Origin: Octopus vulgaris
Lineage: Eukaryota
Reading direction: 5' to 3'
DNA length: 64,000 bases
Assembly: GCA_951406725.2 (NCBI GenBank)
Contig: OX597826.1
Coordinates: 68,634,001-68,698,000 of the forward strand
A program made the position numbers and the translations under genes. The notes under the pieces were generated by a model that searched no databases, was not told the origin of the DNA, and was given only the letters and a program-made list of their open reading frames with translations. Numbering within the stretch: the stretch's first letter is position 1; every line of letters starts with the position of its first letter. This document shows positions 13,045 through 26,101 of the stretch, one piece after another.

Positions 13045-13346
13045 TTTTTCTCTAGTTTCAACTCAGAGCTGTGACCATGCTCATGCACCGCAGTTTTGCT
13101 ACATTGTTATTGCTAAGAGCCTCTTCTAATGTGTGGAATTTGGTGAAGCATGGGGTTTGATATAGCGACCCTCATTTGCACCTCTTGCCGTGAGGTATGT
13201 TCATTTGGGACTCTCAACAGGAAGAGACCCAGCCTTGATTTAAAAACCCCTACATCTACTTTGTGCAAGTTCTTCAGACTCTTTGGGAGAATATTAAAAA
13301 GCTGTGAGCCTTTGAAACCCAGGCTGTTGCAGTAACTGGTCCTGAA
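13045..13346 (-). mobile_element. CR1/L2-group LINE 3' end (open C-terminal frame 13113-13346 plus 3' UTR)
   Basis: FRTSYCNSLGFKGSQLFNILPKSLKNLHKVDVGVFKSRLGLFLLRVPNEH..GS* fits the SL..GP.LFN.LP..L....FK..LD.FL..VPD motif; UTR ends GCGGTGCATGAGCATGGTCACAGCTCTGAGTTGAAACTAG. Confidence 0.8.
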
Positions 13347-13471
13347 ATTCCCTGTGGACCGGTGTACCCTATAAGTTTCATATTCAGTTTTGGATGCTGG
13401 TAGCGAAGGGCTTGGATATATATAGTATTCATTAATAATAGGTGGTGGTTTTCGTATTAAAATTTTATTAG

Positions 13472-13516
13472 GTACAACGCATGTTTCGACCCATCAGTTG
13501 GGGCCTCTTCAGGTAC
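13472..13516 (-). ncRNA. Minimal type I hammerhead ribozyme, canonical core (Penelope-like pLTR)
   Basis: GUAC-CUGAAGA-GGCCC-CAACUGAU-GGGUC-GAAAC-AUGC-GUU-GUAC; stems I, II and III all pair; AATAAA lies just downstream. Confidence 0.8.
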
Positions 13517-13963
13517 AATTCTAAAGAGGTATGTATATTGAGTGGGTATCCTTGAGTATTTCTTACCAGTTATTATTAACGATAAACACTGTCGTTTGAA
13601 CCAGTACAAGATTGTAACAAGATCCATCAACAGAACCACTACTCTAGCAGAATATATTTCACTTATATAAAAAGTTTCTATAACACAATTTTTGAAATTA
13701 AAAATAAACTAATATGCGTGTAATTTGTATATCTAATAATTTGGTGAGAATCTTTAGTTTTGATCCTTTACATGGCTTCTAACGTGTATTCATTCGTTCA
13801 GTACACATAGCTTAGATAAGAGAACGGCTGACAATAATAAAATAATCTCTATTGTAGTATAGCAACGTACACAGGGAAAAATAATCTAACGTTGGTTTAG
13901 CACCATGATGTCAATGATGTCTTGATGAGACATACATTCAATAAAGCCCGCTGTGATATGTGC

Positions 13964-14096
<133 letters not shown>

Positions 14097-14301
14097 GCAT
14101 ATACATATATATATATGTGCGTGTGTGTATATATGTGTGTGTGAGTCCGTGTAAGTGTGTGTAAGTATGTGTATATGTATTCATGTAGCATATATGCGAC
14201 AGAATTTCATCTCGCTACGTTTTTTAAACCGATTAAAAAAATTTTCACAAAATACTTACTTCTTCGATGTGGTAGACTCGCACGCAAAGTCACACACGCA
14301 C

Positions 14302-14347
<46 letters not shown>

Positions 14348-14438
14348 TTACATGTACGTGCAAATATAGATATAACTATATATGTATATATATATATATA
14401 CAGAGAGACATAAAAATGTCTTCATTTCATAAATGTCC

Positions 14439-14502
<64 letters not shown>

Positions 14503-14639
14503 GTATGTATGTATATGTACATATTTATGTGGGTGTGAGTGTGCACGCGTGCGTGTTTGACTCTCTCTATATATATTATATATACATACAAACATACATG
14601 CGTTAGTGTGTCTGTGTGTGTGTTATTCAAAATAGTTTA

Positions 14640-14805
14640 CTTCGGATTCCATGCCATTTCAAGTTTTTCCTAACGGAGAATATCTTCTTGGCCCGAAGGA
14701 ACGTTCCAGCAACTGAAGAATTGCAGCAAGTCCAAGATTGGCTGAGTGGTCAAAGAAGCTCTCTTTTCTCGTCGAACTTGCGTTGCTTACCAAGCGATAT
14801 CACAC
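14640..14805 (+). mobile_element. mariner-like transposase C-terminal remnant
   Basis: ..LARRNVPATEELQQVQDWLSGQRSSLFSSNLRCLP resembles mariner GRRF...EEL...V..WL..Q...FF..GI..LP. Confidence 0.55.
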
Positions 14806-15047
14806 ACCATAACATAATGTGAACCTCCTTGAATAATAACAGCCCATCTTCCGGAGCCATCTTGAACTTCCTAGAGCTCTTCGTTCATTTGGCTGTTCCA
14901 ACCACCTGAGGAGCCAGCCTCCCTTAGAGGCTTGCCAAACAGGATGTTGCACGGAATCGCAATTAAACTCTTTTGAATAATACATGTAACTCCTAATAGA
15001 TGATGCTGAATGATCTTTTCTTTCGTTTGACCAGTCACTCATGCATA

Positions 15048-15099
15048 TACAGGGTGTCCCCAAAAAATGTATACACACTTTAGCCGCTGATAACACAAT

Positions 15100-15100
<1 letters not shown>
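15048..15100 (+). mobile_element. Tc1/mariner terminal inverted repeat fragment
   Basis: TA-CAGGGTGTCCCCAAAAAATGTATACACACTTT is a typical Tc1/mariner terminus; no partner end found. Confidence 0.55.
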
Positions 15101-15158
<58 letters not shown>

Positions 15159-15223
15159 CACACATGTGTGTGTGTATGTATGTGTTTGTGTATGTGAGTG
15201 TATGTTGTGCTTTTTTTGTTTGT

Positions 15224-15410
15224 CAGTGGTTAGAGCGTCGCGCTTACGATAGTGAGGTTGTGAGCTCGAATCCCGGACCGGGCTGTGTGTTGTGTTCTTG
15301 AGCAAGACACTTTATTTCACGTTGCTCCAGTTCACTCAGCTCTAGAAAGGAGTTGCGACATCACAGGTGACAAGCAGTATTGGCCTTTGAGTTTCCCTTT
15401 GATAACATTG
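15224..15410 (+). mobile_element. SINE family D variant
   Basis: GTGGTTAGAGC..CTCGAATCCCGGACCGGGC..TGTGTTCTTGAGCAAGACACTTTATTTCACGTTGCTCCAGTTCACTCAGC. Confidence 0.85.
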
Positions 15411-15411
15411 A

Positions 15412-15464
<53 letters not shown>

Positions 15465-15484
15465 CGCCTATATTTGTAAATATG

Positions 15485-15888
15485 AAGGGAACGAGCTGGC
15501 AGAAACGCTAGCACGCCGGGCGAAATGCATAGTGTTATTTCGTCTGCCGTTACGTTCTGAGTTCAAATTTGCCTTCCATCCTTTCGGGGTCAATGAATTA
15601 AGTACTAGTTCCGCACTGCGGTCGCTGTAATAGACTTAATCCCTCTGTATGTCCTTGTTTGTCCCCTTGTGGGCAATAATGATATAAGAAACAGCACGCA
15701 GGGCAGAATGCTTAGCCGTATTTCATCTGTCTTTACGTTCTGAGTTCAAATTCCGCCGAAGTCGACTTTGCCTTTCATCCTTTCAGGGTCGATAAATTAT
15801 CTACCATTTGCGTACTGGTGTCAGTCTAGTCGACTGGCCCCCTCACCAAAATGTTCGGGCCTTGTGCCTCGAGCAGAAAAGAAAAGAA
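15485..15888 (+). mobile_element. Two adjacent family A SINEs (A tail, then alternative A2 tail)
   Basis: GAGCTGGCAGAAACGCTAGCACGCCGGGCG.. to ~15690; the second copy ends GGCCTTGTGCCTCGAGCAGAAAAG. Confidence 0.85.
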
Positions 15889-17251
15889 GTCAAAAATAAT
15901 TTCAAAAATATGAATATTCTTAGTGAGATATGCATGAAATGCAATAATTGAATAGTAACCATATTTTCTTCGCTATTTTCATTTTAATCCGACAAATTCC
16001 GCTTTTACTCGATTAAATCGTTGATTGATTTTTGTATATATTTATTTTTACCCTTTCTTTGTGTATAAAATGCGTTTTTTTTACTATAGTTGTATACTTC
16101 TATTAGTTAACGCTAATACCGTCTCCATAGTTTTACTTTCTAGTTTGATCTTTGCTATTATTTATTATTTTATTACCTCTTCGCATAGTTTATTATGCTT
16201 GTGTATATTTCTCCCAAAATCCAGCATAATAGTACTTCAACAACCACCAATATATTTATTTGGACAATAAATCTATATTACCTAGTTATTAATAATTGAA
16301 ACTATATAGTCCTGTCTGGTCTACTAACCATTACTTTAAACTTTATTACTCCAAATAGTTTTCCTACAGTTAATACTAAACACCAGTTGCTTATATCCTT
16401 CTATTATCTACTGAGATATTAACCAGTTTATATACCTCTGTAATTTAAATAAACATTCAAATTCTAAATATACTTTTCCTTCAGCAATGCTACTTCTTTC
16501 AAATGTCAACCAATATTATTTATCGAACTAAGAGAATACAGGGATATATATATAGATAGATAACGCCTAGAATCCTTACCGACTGATTTTATCATTCCCT
16601 TCACAGTAGTTGTATTTTAAAGAACGCTTCTCTATAACTAGATTACAAGTATTGTTACTTAGAAACGAATCTTGCCCCACCTTTCATTTAATTTATCCGT
16701 AGCATAAAATGCAATAACAATTTTTCGAAAAGTTCACGTGTACTTGAATGAGTTTTGTAAATTACAAAGTAAAATATATATTTTTTCAAATCTCCGATAT
16801 GATATTCGTTCAAACTATCAACACAAAATATCTTAATTATAATTATGAATCTACTTTCCATGGTATACATACTTCCATCTCCATCCTGGAAGTCCTTACG
16901 GCAAGAAAGATTTCTATTTACGTTATAAATTACCACTATGGTGATGTAATTGCATTTTACTCCATATTGAATATATAATTTTTTCTAAAGCACTTTCTAA
17001 TAGATGTAAAGTTTTATTTTTAATCAAATATATCGCAATATATAATATATATTTTAAATAATTTGTATCTAATTTATTAAACCAGCAAAGGTTAAGATGT
17101 GTGCACGTGGTATAAGTATATATATATGTGTGTGTGTGTATACACACATCTGTGAGAGTATGTACATAGACACACACGCATATACACACACACTCACGAA
17201 CACATACGCATATATCTAGACATATACCATATATACAGAGAGAGAGAGAGA

Positions 17252-17299
<48 letters not shown>

Positions 17300-17323
17300 C
17301 ACACACAGCCATACACACACAGC

Positions 17324-17354
<31 letters not shown>

Positions 17355-17374
17355 CGCTAATATACTTATGAGTA

Positions 17375-17700
17375 TACGTGGCTGTAATAAAAAAGTTTGC
17401 TTCCCAACAACTTTGTTCCGGGTTCAGTCCCACTACGTGGCATTTTGGGCGAGTATCTTCTACTATAGCCTCGGGCCAACCGTAGCCTTTTGAGTAGATT
17501 TGGTAGACGGAAGCTGAATGAATCCCGTCGTGTGCGTGTGTGTGTGTTTCTGTGTTTGTGTTTGTACCTCCAACATCGCTTGACAACCGATGCTGGTGTG
17601 TTTACGTCCCCGTAACTTAGCCGTTCGGCCAGAGAGGACCGATAGAATAAGTACTAGGCTTGCGAAGAATAATGACTGAAACAAGTAAAAGATTAAAAGA
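17375..17700 (+). mobile_element. SINE family B
   Basis: Head plus GATTTGGTAGACGGAAGCTGA..TGACAACCGATGCTGGTGTGTTTACGTCCCCG..ACTGAAACAAGTAAAAG. Confidence 0.9.
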
Positions 17701-18484
17701 ATATAATGCCTCTATCTTTGGTATGCATTATCTAAGCAGAACATGGCGGAATAAACAAGAGAAATCTATAATTCCAAGTGAACTTAATCTTCATATATGT
17801 ATTGACGCGAATTTGTTACATAACATTACTTCAACATCCTTAGTATGGATTTCTGATTTTGGTGCCTGTATCCAAAAAAATTATCCCGGCAGTCCTCCTG
17901 GCACGTGCCTTCCAAGAAGGTAATGAAGAAATGAACGAAATCTTCAGTACAACGTTTGGGGTGGAGGTATAACTAAATACATCGCTAATATTGTTCTGAG
18001 TGATTTTTTTTCTTTTTTACCCAGTTAGGACAGGAAAAAGATGCATTCGAGATTGCTATTAGCTAAAACCTAAGGGAAAGCTCTGCAGACAACAGATCAA
18101 GTGTCTTGGAAATCTATGTAATGTGTGATGCCTGTGTAACCAAAACATTCTTTGATGGTAAGCTGATACATTCAGAAACCTATATATATGTCATAGATAT
18201 GAAATTGAGATCGATTTCATCTGATATCAGTAAGCGATGGAAGAAAAATGTGTTCAAAACTTTGGTTTAAATCACTAAAGGAAGGTAGCTATCAAGATGA
18301 AACTGAAGAATTTTTATCTAAAAGAGGCAAAAGCTTTATATGTATGCATATATGTATGTATAAAAATATACACATGTATATATATATATATATATATATA
18401 TAACTATACACATATATACACATATATGTGCATATATTATATATATATACATTTATTATATATATATATATATACATATTATAT

Positions 18485-18517
<33 letters not shown>

Positions 18518-18649
18518 GTATGATTGTATGTATGTATATATAAGACTATATACGTATATAAGGATGTGTGCATGTGTATACACAGATGCGGGTGAGTGTG
18601 AGCGTGGGGTGGGGTATTTATTCCTGTGTCTTCAGGTTTAGATCAATGC

Positions 18650-19030
18650 TGAAAAGAATTCAAAGATATTGCTTCTGAGACAGTGAAATACAATATGAAG
18701 AAAGAGAAAAGAATGTTGAGAGAGCAGCGGATATCGGCCAATATATTGGCTTTTATAGATAAGAGAAGAAGACAAAAATTTAAGACGGTTCTTCGCAGTA
18801 CAATAAAGAGAAAAATACGTTGTCGCGAAGATAAAGTATGTTAGAAAAATGCGAAGAATACACTGCTAAATGTATTGAGTCAAGAAGCGTATACATGGTA
18901 CTCAGACAGCTGTCGGCGAATGGAAGCCAAAATGGATAGTTTTCGATAAAAGTTAGGAATATTGAATGACTTATGACAGCGAAGACCAATACCAAATGAC
19001 GGGCGAAACTTACCAAAATGCTGTAAATAA
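18650..19030 (+). mobile_element. Decayed RTE-clade LINE fragment (EN-RT linker)
   Basis: EFKDIASETVK..EQRISANILAFIDKRR..IKRKIRCREDK/LEKCEE..SRSVYMVLRQLS/EWKPK resembles RTE PWIS..TL..I..RR..RRDK..W...C.EIE..SR..Y..L..L.G.FKPK. Confidence 0.55.
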
Positions 19031-19195
19031 TTCCGAACCTGTTGATATTTTATATATCTCCCATTGTTTAAAACATCCTGGCATAGTTTTAGAGAAATCT
19101 TGTAGGAGAAATTTCAGAAACGATTAAAATCATTGAAAATGATTAACAAAACTGCAGATATGAATAGGAGTCATGAGAGCAACCCTACAATAATA

Positions 19196-19795
19196 AGGCG
19201 GTGAGCTGGCAGAATCTTTAGCACGCCGGGCGAAAGGCTTAGCGGTATTTCGTCTGCCGCTACGTTCTGAGTTCAAATTCCGCCGAGGTCGACTTTGCCT
19301 TTCATCCTTTCGGAGTTGATTAAATAAGTACCTGTTACGCACTGGGGTTGATATAATCGGTTTAATCCGTTTATCTGTCCTTATTTGTCCTCTCTGTGTT
19401 TAGCCCCTTGTGGGTAGTAAACAAATGGGTATTTCGTCTGCTGTTAAGTTCTGAGTTCAAATTCCGATGAGGTCGAATTTGCCTTTCATCCATTCCGGGT
19501 CGATAAATTAAGTACCAGTTACGCACTGGGGTTGATATAATCGACTTAATCCGTTTATCTGTCCTTGTTTGTCCTCTCTGTGTTTAGCCCCTTGTGGGTA
19601 GTAAAGAAATAGGTTTTTTGCCCGTCGCTGCGTTCTGAGTTCAAATTACGCCGAGGTCGACTTTGCCTTTCATCCTTTCCGGGTCGATAAATTAAGTACC
19701 AGTTACGCAGTAGGGTCGATGTAATCGACTTAATCCGTTTGTCTGTCCTTGTTTGTCCCCTCTATGTTTAGCCGCTTGTGGGCAATAAAGAAATA
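19196..19795 (+). mobile_element. SINE family A with one head and three tandem ~184-bp body units
   Basis: Units start at 19244, 19428 and 19612; TSD CAATAATA at 19188-19195 and 19797-19804. Confidence 0.92.
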
Positions 19796-20144
19796 TCAAT
19801 AATACCGGTGCTGTTTCTTAAGGTTCTTTCAAGTTTTTCGTTTATCTACTCTTCGTTGTATGATGTAGATTTGTCCGTTAAGTTAGATGCGAACAATCTC
19901 TAATTCAAGTTTTGCTTGGATAATCCTTAGAGTCAATTATTTCAAAGCATGTTGTTGTTTAAATATTTATTATTCATTTCTACGGTGAAAATGGGAATTT
20001 CCTCACGTGCAAGCATCACAACACTTGTTCTTATCTAGTATTTAGTAGATTATCTTTGGATGCAAAAATCAAGTAATATTCTTCTAAACATAGGTCACTT
20101 TGTTTTAGTTCCAGCTCCGTATACACACACACACACACACATAC

Positions 20145-20204
<60 letters not shown>

Positions 20205-20296
20205 CAATTGAGGGTAAAATTAATTAATTATTAATCAATTTCACCAAGTGTTCAGTATGCAAAGGGACCATTTAAGGCGAATTCAAATTATTACAT

Positions 20297-20588
20297 TATA
20301 TAAAAGGGCTTAGTAAAATAAATTACTTCGCCGCATACTGAACTCATTAGAAATAGCAGCTACAAAACTTTTTAAAGCCATTTCTAATACTTAAAGAAAA
20401 TCTCTCTCATATATAGCGTTTGCTTAATTCAACTCACAAAAGTTTCACTCACAAAAGTGAGTTGAATTAAGCAAACGCTATATATGAGAGAGATTTTCTT
20501 TAAGTATTAGAAATGGCTTTAAAAAAGTTTTGTAGCTGCTATTTCTAATGAGTTCAGTATGCGGCGAAGTAATTTATTTTACTAAGCC

Positions 20589-20598
<10 letters not shown>
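20297..20598. repeat. Near-perfect ~140-bp-arm inverted repeat inside a (TA)n-flanked element (20203-20598)
   Basis: Left arm 20297-20437, 19-nt spacer, right arm 20457-20598 (AAGGGCTTAGTAAAATAAATTACTTCGCCGCATACTGAACTC.. mirrored). Confidence 0.95.
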
Positions 20599-20671
<73 letters not shown>

Positions 20672-20678
<7 letters not shown>

Positions 20679-20880
20679 ATCCAAACAAGAAAGCAAAAAC
20701 AAAAAAAACAACTACGCAAGAACGTGGAACAAATAAAGTATTATTGGACGCTCAAGAAAGAAGGGAAGAAGGAGGGTTTGACGTTTAGAGCGGAGCTCTT
20801 CGTCGGAAACATAGGAGAAGGAAAGATCCCGAGAAGGGAAGACAGGGGAAAAATCGCTAGTGATACAGACGAGGTCACAT
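20672..20880 (-). mobile_element. Short (TA)n-abutting Penelope-like element with HHR motif at 20776-20810
   Basis: Minus strand GUUU-CCGACGA-A-GAGC-UCC-GCUC-UAAAC-GUC-AAAC (U4C; G12 mutated); related to the elements at 25677, 38326 and 53445. Confidence 0.65.
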
Positions 20881-21991
20881 ATATATACATGTAAGATGGA
20901 TGACCACTACGTGGACATATTATGCTACAAGTAGATCCACTAAGAAAGAAATGTTCTCAAGAAAATTTAGCAAAACATGTTTAAAAGATACAATGTTTAC
21001 TAGTTTCAATAATATCTAATCAGATGATTTTAATAACTAGACCACTGGTTTGAAATTGATATTAATCAAATTAATATTCAATTTTTCACACTTATTATTG
21101 GTGCTGGTTGTGAATTATATATATAGACAATCTATAGTTTATCGCTTAAAATGAGAACATTGCACTGCTAACACGGAAAGTAAGATGGAATATTGACTGG
21201 TAAAGCTTTCATACTTTTGGTGGTATATTATGGTTGCAAAACGAAATACTGTATCCTTGCTAGTAATTAACAAATACACACACACACGCACACGCATACA
21301 CGCACATGCACACGAGCGCACACACGTTTGTGTGTGTATGAGTCTGTGTGTATATGTATATATATATATATACATAATGGTATAAATTTCTAGTTTCTGC
21401 AGGCACAGAATTGGAATGCATCTATGCATCTCCCAATTGATTTTGTTCTGCGAAAAACTATAGAGGGGGCACGCTACTTATTATTTTCATTTTTTTTCTA
21501 ACACTATAAGTTGTAAACACATTTCATAAAATATGAATATACTGAATCCTTATTTATTATTTGCTTCGAAATTCCAAAATAATAACACAGTCAATGCTTT
21601 TGATACCTGGCACATACGTGTCTTTCAATAACATATTGTACGTGCCCCAACACCATAATTTAAAGTTGTGTGTCTATTCCTGTAGATTCAAAACAAACAT
21701 CACCACATTATTTTCATCATTCCTATACATAATAAATCATTGAAACCATATATATAAGGGGCGTCCATTATTTGCTAAATATGGAATTAAGACGAAACAA
21801 ATTTGAAATTCCAGTCGTTATCAATAGTTATCTGCCTAGTATTTCCAGGACTACACAATCAATACTAACAGTAATATATTATAAATAATTCTACAATATA
21901 TAATACAAGTTTATGTCTACTGGTATTTCCGCGTTACTTTACCTCATACATATACACATCTCTCGTAGTTTCGATTGTTTTCTGTATAACG

Positions 21992-22147
21992 CACAGGCGA
22001 GGCAATGTGATAATGTTTCCATGTTCAATCCCACTGCGTGGCATCTTGAGCAGATGTCTTCTACCCAGCTTCTAGTAGCTGACCAAACACTTGTGAATGG
22101 ATTTGGTAGACAGAAACTGGAAGTAATCCGTCGTGTATATATATATA

Positions 22148-22189
<42 letters not shown>

Positions 22190-22413
22190 TGTCTGTCTGT
22201 GTTTGTGTTTGACTTTCTATCATCGCTTGACAACCGATGCTGGTGTGTTTATGTCCCCATAATTTAGTGGTTCAGCAAAAGCGACCGATAGAATAAGTAC
22301 TAGGCTTACAAATAACAACTCCTGGGGTCGATTGCTTCGACTAATATCTTTGAAGGATCCACCATGGCCGCAGTCAAATCACTGAAATTAGTAAAAGTGT
22401 AAAACAGTAAAAG
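21992..22413 (+). mobile_element. SINE family B
   Basis: Full body with internal (TG)n and tail CATGGCCGCAGTCAAATCACTGAAA. Confidence 0.9.
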
Positions 22414-22425
22414 ATAGCGTAAGGG

Positions 22426-22745
22426 AAGGCGCGTGGCTCGATGGTTAGAGCATCAGATTCACGATCATAAGATAGTGAGTTCGATTTTCCGGACCGGTTT
22501 GTATGTTGTGTTCTTGAGCAAGACACTTTGTTTCCCATTGCTCCAGTTCACTCAGCTGTAGAAAGGATTTGCGATGTCACTGGTGCCAAGCTTTTGTCTT
22601 TCCCTTTGAGTGATGTGGTGATGCTGTGGCTGGCATGCATGGGCGACTGTTAGTCTTGTATAAACAACCTTGCCCGGACTTCTGTCTCTCAAAGGAACTT
22701 TCTAGGCGCAATCTCGTAGTCATTCATGACCGAAGGGTGTCTTTT
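22426..22745 (+). mobile_element. SINE family D variant, full length with alternative tail
   Basis: GGCGCGTGGCTCGATGGTTAGAGC..TGTGTTCTTGAGCAAGACAC..CATTCATGACCGAAGGG. Confidence 0.85.
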
Positions 22746-22858
22746 CCTTCAGCTTATCGTTATAAGGCGATAACGCTATCCTGTAATTTTGCAATACTGA
22801 CATCTTATAAGTACAGATTTGCGTCATGTAGAAACTGATAAAATATTTTAATACATAT

Positions 22859-23087
22859 GGCCAGCTGGCCGAAACGTTAGCATGCCGGGTGAAATGCTTA
22901 ACGGTATTTCGTCTGCCGCTACGTTCTCAGTTCAAATTCCGCCGAGGTCGACTTTGCCTTTCATCCTTTCCGGCTCGATAAATTAAGTACCAGTTACGCA
23001 CTGGGGTCGATATAATCGACTTAATCCGTTTGTCTGTCCTTGTTTGTTCCCTCTGTGTGTAGCCCCTTGTGGGCGGTAAAGAAATAA
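22859..23087 (+). mobile_element. SINE family A
   Basis: Full-length copy; TSD AATATTTTAATACAT at 22842-22856 and 23089-23103. Confidence 0.95.
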
Positions 23088-24014
23088 GAATATTTTAATA
23101 CATGTTAATTTTCAAATAAATAAACTTTGAAACACCGAGTAAGTTGAAATATTTTTAGAAATGAAGGAAGTCTGAAACGCTAGAGATTAGTTTGTTTCCA
23201 GCAGTCACAACAGTAATTCGACCTATGACATTTTAACTCTCTGTAGCACCTCTTGGAGACTATTTTTCCGACCCTATGGGAACAATTCTATGTACTGTGC
23301 TGGATACATGTGGTGTTCGTCAGGTATGTTGATTTTTTGTTCATTTTTATGTGTCTTGATTATGCTGGCACTGACGATTAAAAAGTACATTTTGTGCACT
23401 AATTATGAAATCATATGTTCTGCAACTGAATCTGTTTTTAAGATGCTCGCTTCGAGAGTTGCATTCCCTCTCGTTCGATATAATGTGTTTATTATGGTAG
23501 ATTTAACTTTAAGAGTCACTCCTAGCGTGAGACATTTATGTATAGTAATGCCCTTAATATAAATAGATATATTTAAAGGGAATAATTAATAAATTAATAC
23601 ATTCTTAAATAAATAATTAATAAATTAATTAATTTTCCCCTTACAATGTTTTTCACGCTAACTACTTGATAAAGTCTTATAAAAATGTTATCCTATTTTT
23701 AAATTATATATATATATGTATGTATGTTTGTATGTATGTATGTATGTAGTATGTATGTACGTATATATGTATGTATATATTTGTGTATATGTGTATATGC
23801 ATATGTGGAGACAAATACTGTGCGTGACAGGTTAATAATTGATGTTTCTATGTTGAAAGCGACTAAAGGAAACCTCTTTTGGAGAACCTTATTTTGGGGC
23901 AGTTAATAGAGGTAGCCTTATATATGCTGAGATCAATACATTTCTGTAATTAGTCTTCACACACACAACTTATTTACACACGAATGTGCGCTTTTATGTA
24001 TAGAAATGTTTATG

Positions 24015-24074
<60 letters not shown>

Positions 24075-25676
24075 TGTGTGAATGTGTGAATGAATGAATG
24101 GCTGAATAAAGCAATGTGTCAAGGAACGAATAAAATGAAATGAATATTCTTGAAAAATCTAAATTCATTGTCTCGCCCACTAACCTGTACTTTGCTCGGT
24201 GTTTGCTGATAAATGTTGTATTTCTTCTTTGGCCTTGGACTTGTGCGTGATTGAATTACTGCTGTGGGCGATGTTTAATTGACACAAGAGAGAAGTTATG
24301 AGGAAGTGAAATGTCAGGTTTAATCATAACATGTTGGGCTAAATGATGATGTTTTATGCGTTCTGTAGTTAATACAGAGCAATTGTGTATGGGGTTGGTG
24401 TGGGGGTGAAAATAAAATGAAGAAGCAATAGTAAGAACCAGAAGGAAAGAAAGGGAAACCAGAAACAACAAATCAACAACAAAAATAACGGCAAAAAAAT
24501 CAACCATTAACAATTATAAAACTAAGGACAAGCATAAAAAATATAAGTAAAAAAAAATGACAAGCAAAACAAAATATCGACAATGTCGTGCCGCCATCTA
24601 TGAATTATGCAGACTCGTTTTCGTTTGTTTTCTAACAGAGAGATCTATGATTACAGCAGGCTAATAAACCGGAAGCCCACAAATTAAACATGGACGACAG
24701 CTTTAAGTCTGCCCATAGAATACACAAATATTAATAAACACGCTAACAAACATATAACGAAAGCAACAAAGATACAAAGTAAATTCAGCTTTCATTTAAC
24801 CAACTGTCCGAAAGTTATCTGTCCAATGAATTTAGACGTGAATGTCTGGCTTTAAATCGCTGAAACTTTAGGAATTGAGGTTAGTTTAAAATAGGATGCA
24901 CAACTCAGTACTTACACAGCAAACTGAAATCTTTAGTCTTTTATGGCACGAATTTTCAAACATAATATTATCGATTTAGTTACTTTGGTTCCAGTAAACT
25001 ATCAACATGGCTGGACAATAAAAACAAAGAGAAAGAAAAAGAAAAAGAGTCAAAAAGAGAAGGTATTGAAAAAGTAGATTGCGTGTCAGGAATGCATCGT
25101 TTTTATTTCTTTGTGTTTCTCACAAGAATTTATAAATCTTTCTGCATCAGTCTCATGCAATTTTTTCATTTGGTTATAAAATAATTGGTGTAAGCAAATA
25201 CTAGTAAAGTGAGGGAAATGAATCTGCAGAAGACTGGCAGCGTAGCCAAGAAGAGACTTAACTCACTTCTGCTGGAAGAAAAAGCTGTATCTCCGCCGAC
25301 AATTTACATACTCCAATATACTGAATTGAGAAGAGCACCTTTCACACTAATGGCTTTGTAAAAAAATGAATACTCGAGCTACAGAATTGAAGAGAGTAAA
25401 ACATTCCAGTTATTTCGTCTGGCACACTATATGTGCGGTAAGGTGCAAAATCCTTAGCGCAGGGTCATGTCTGTCCCAATTACAGACATAAGTATGTATG
25501 TATGTATGTATGTATGTATGTATTTATGCATGTATGTCATTATTCAGCATATTTGAAGATTTCATGCCAATCGATAAAGAACCGATTTCTAACCTAAATC
25601 CCAAAGCTCCTTCATTGGAATTTATTTTTGTTTGCCTCTATGTATGTATATATGTATGTGTATGTATGAATGTATG

Positions 25677-25868
25677 TAGAGAATTAACGAAAAAAACAAA
25701 AGACAAAGACAGGTGGTGTAGACAACAACCAGATGTATTAGTACAACGCTCAGGAATTGAAAAAGTCTTTAACGTTTCGAACCTACGCTCTTCCACAGAA
25801 AGGAACACAGAAAGAAACAAGGAGAGAAGAAAAATGTGTGTAGTGGCTACCGATCTATCATGGCGAAA
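25677..25868 (-). mobile_element. Short Penelope-like element with variant-core HHR at 25767-25802
   Basis: Minus strand CUUU-CUGUGGA-A-GAGC-GUAG-GUUC-GAAAC-GUU-AAAG; homologous to 38326-38496 and 53445-53601. Confidence 0.7.
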
Positions 25869-25869
25869 A

Positions 25870-26101
25870 TGTATGTATGTATGTATGTGCATATTTGTAT
25901 GTTTTATGTATCTATACTCATGTATATAGTTGCATATCTAGACAAGCTCATATATATTTAAATGATAAACTTCTGGAAAGTTTTACAGATTTTTTCCGTT
26001 CCAGTGATGGATTGGATCTGTAGTCTTTGAATTAGCTTTCTCCTTTCTGGTTTTGAGAAGCCTAATTTCTCAAGATTGGTATTTAGGCAGAGTGTTACAT
26101 A
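25870..26101 (-). mobile_element. 5'-truncated RLE-type LINE 3' end (open frame 25958-26101)
   Basis: YVTLCLNTNLEKLGFSKPERRKLIQRLQIQSITGTEKICKTFQKFII* resembles the RLE-clade C-terminus (GALG...L...L.KLG.....LQK.A.LGT..I.R..L); followed by (CATA)n. Confidence 0.7.

Noticed and set aside
16020-16560. Possible NUMT (AT-rich, hydrophobic ORF)
   Set aside because: No recognisable mitochondrial protein, tRNA or rRNA motif.
18010-18162. Candidate exon (polypyrimidine-CAG ... G|GTAAG)
   Set aside because: Stop codons in all three frames; a non-coding exon cannot be supported without RNA data.
19244-19795. Regularly spaced repeats as a CRISPR-like array
   Set aside because: Whole 184-bp units repeat with no unique spacers; eukaryotic SINE context and no cas genes.
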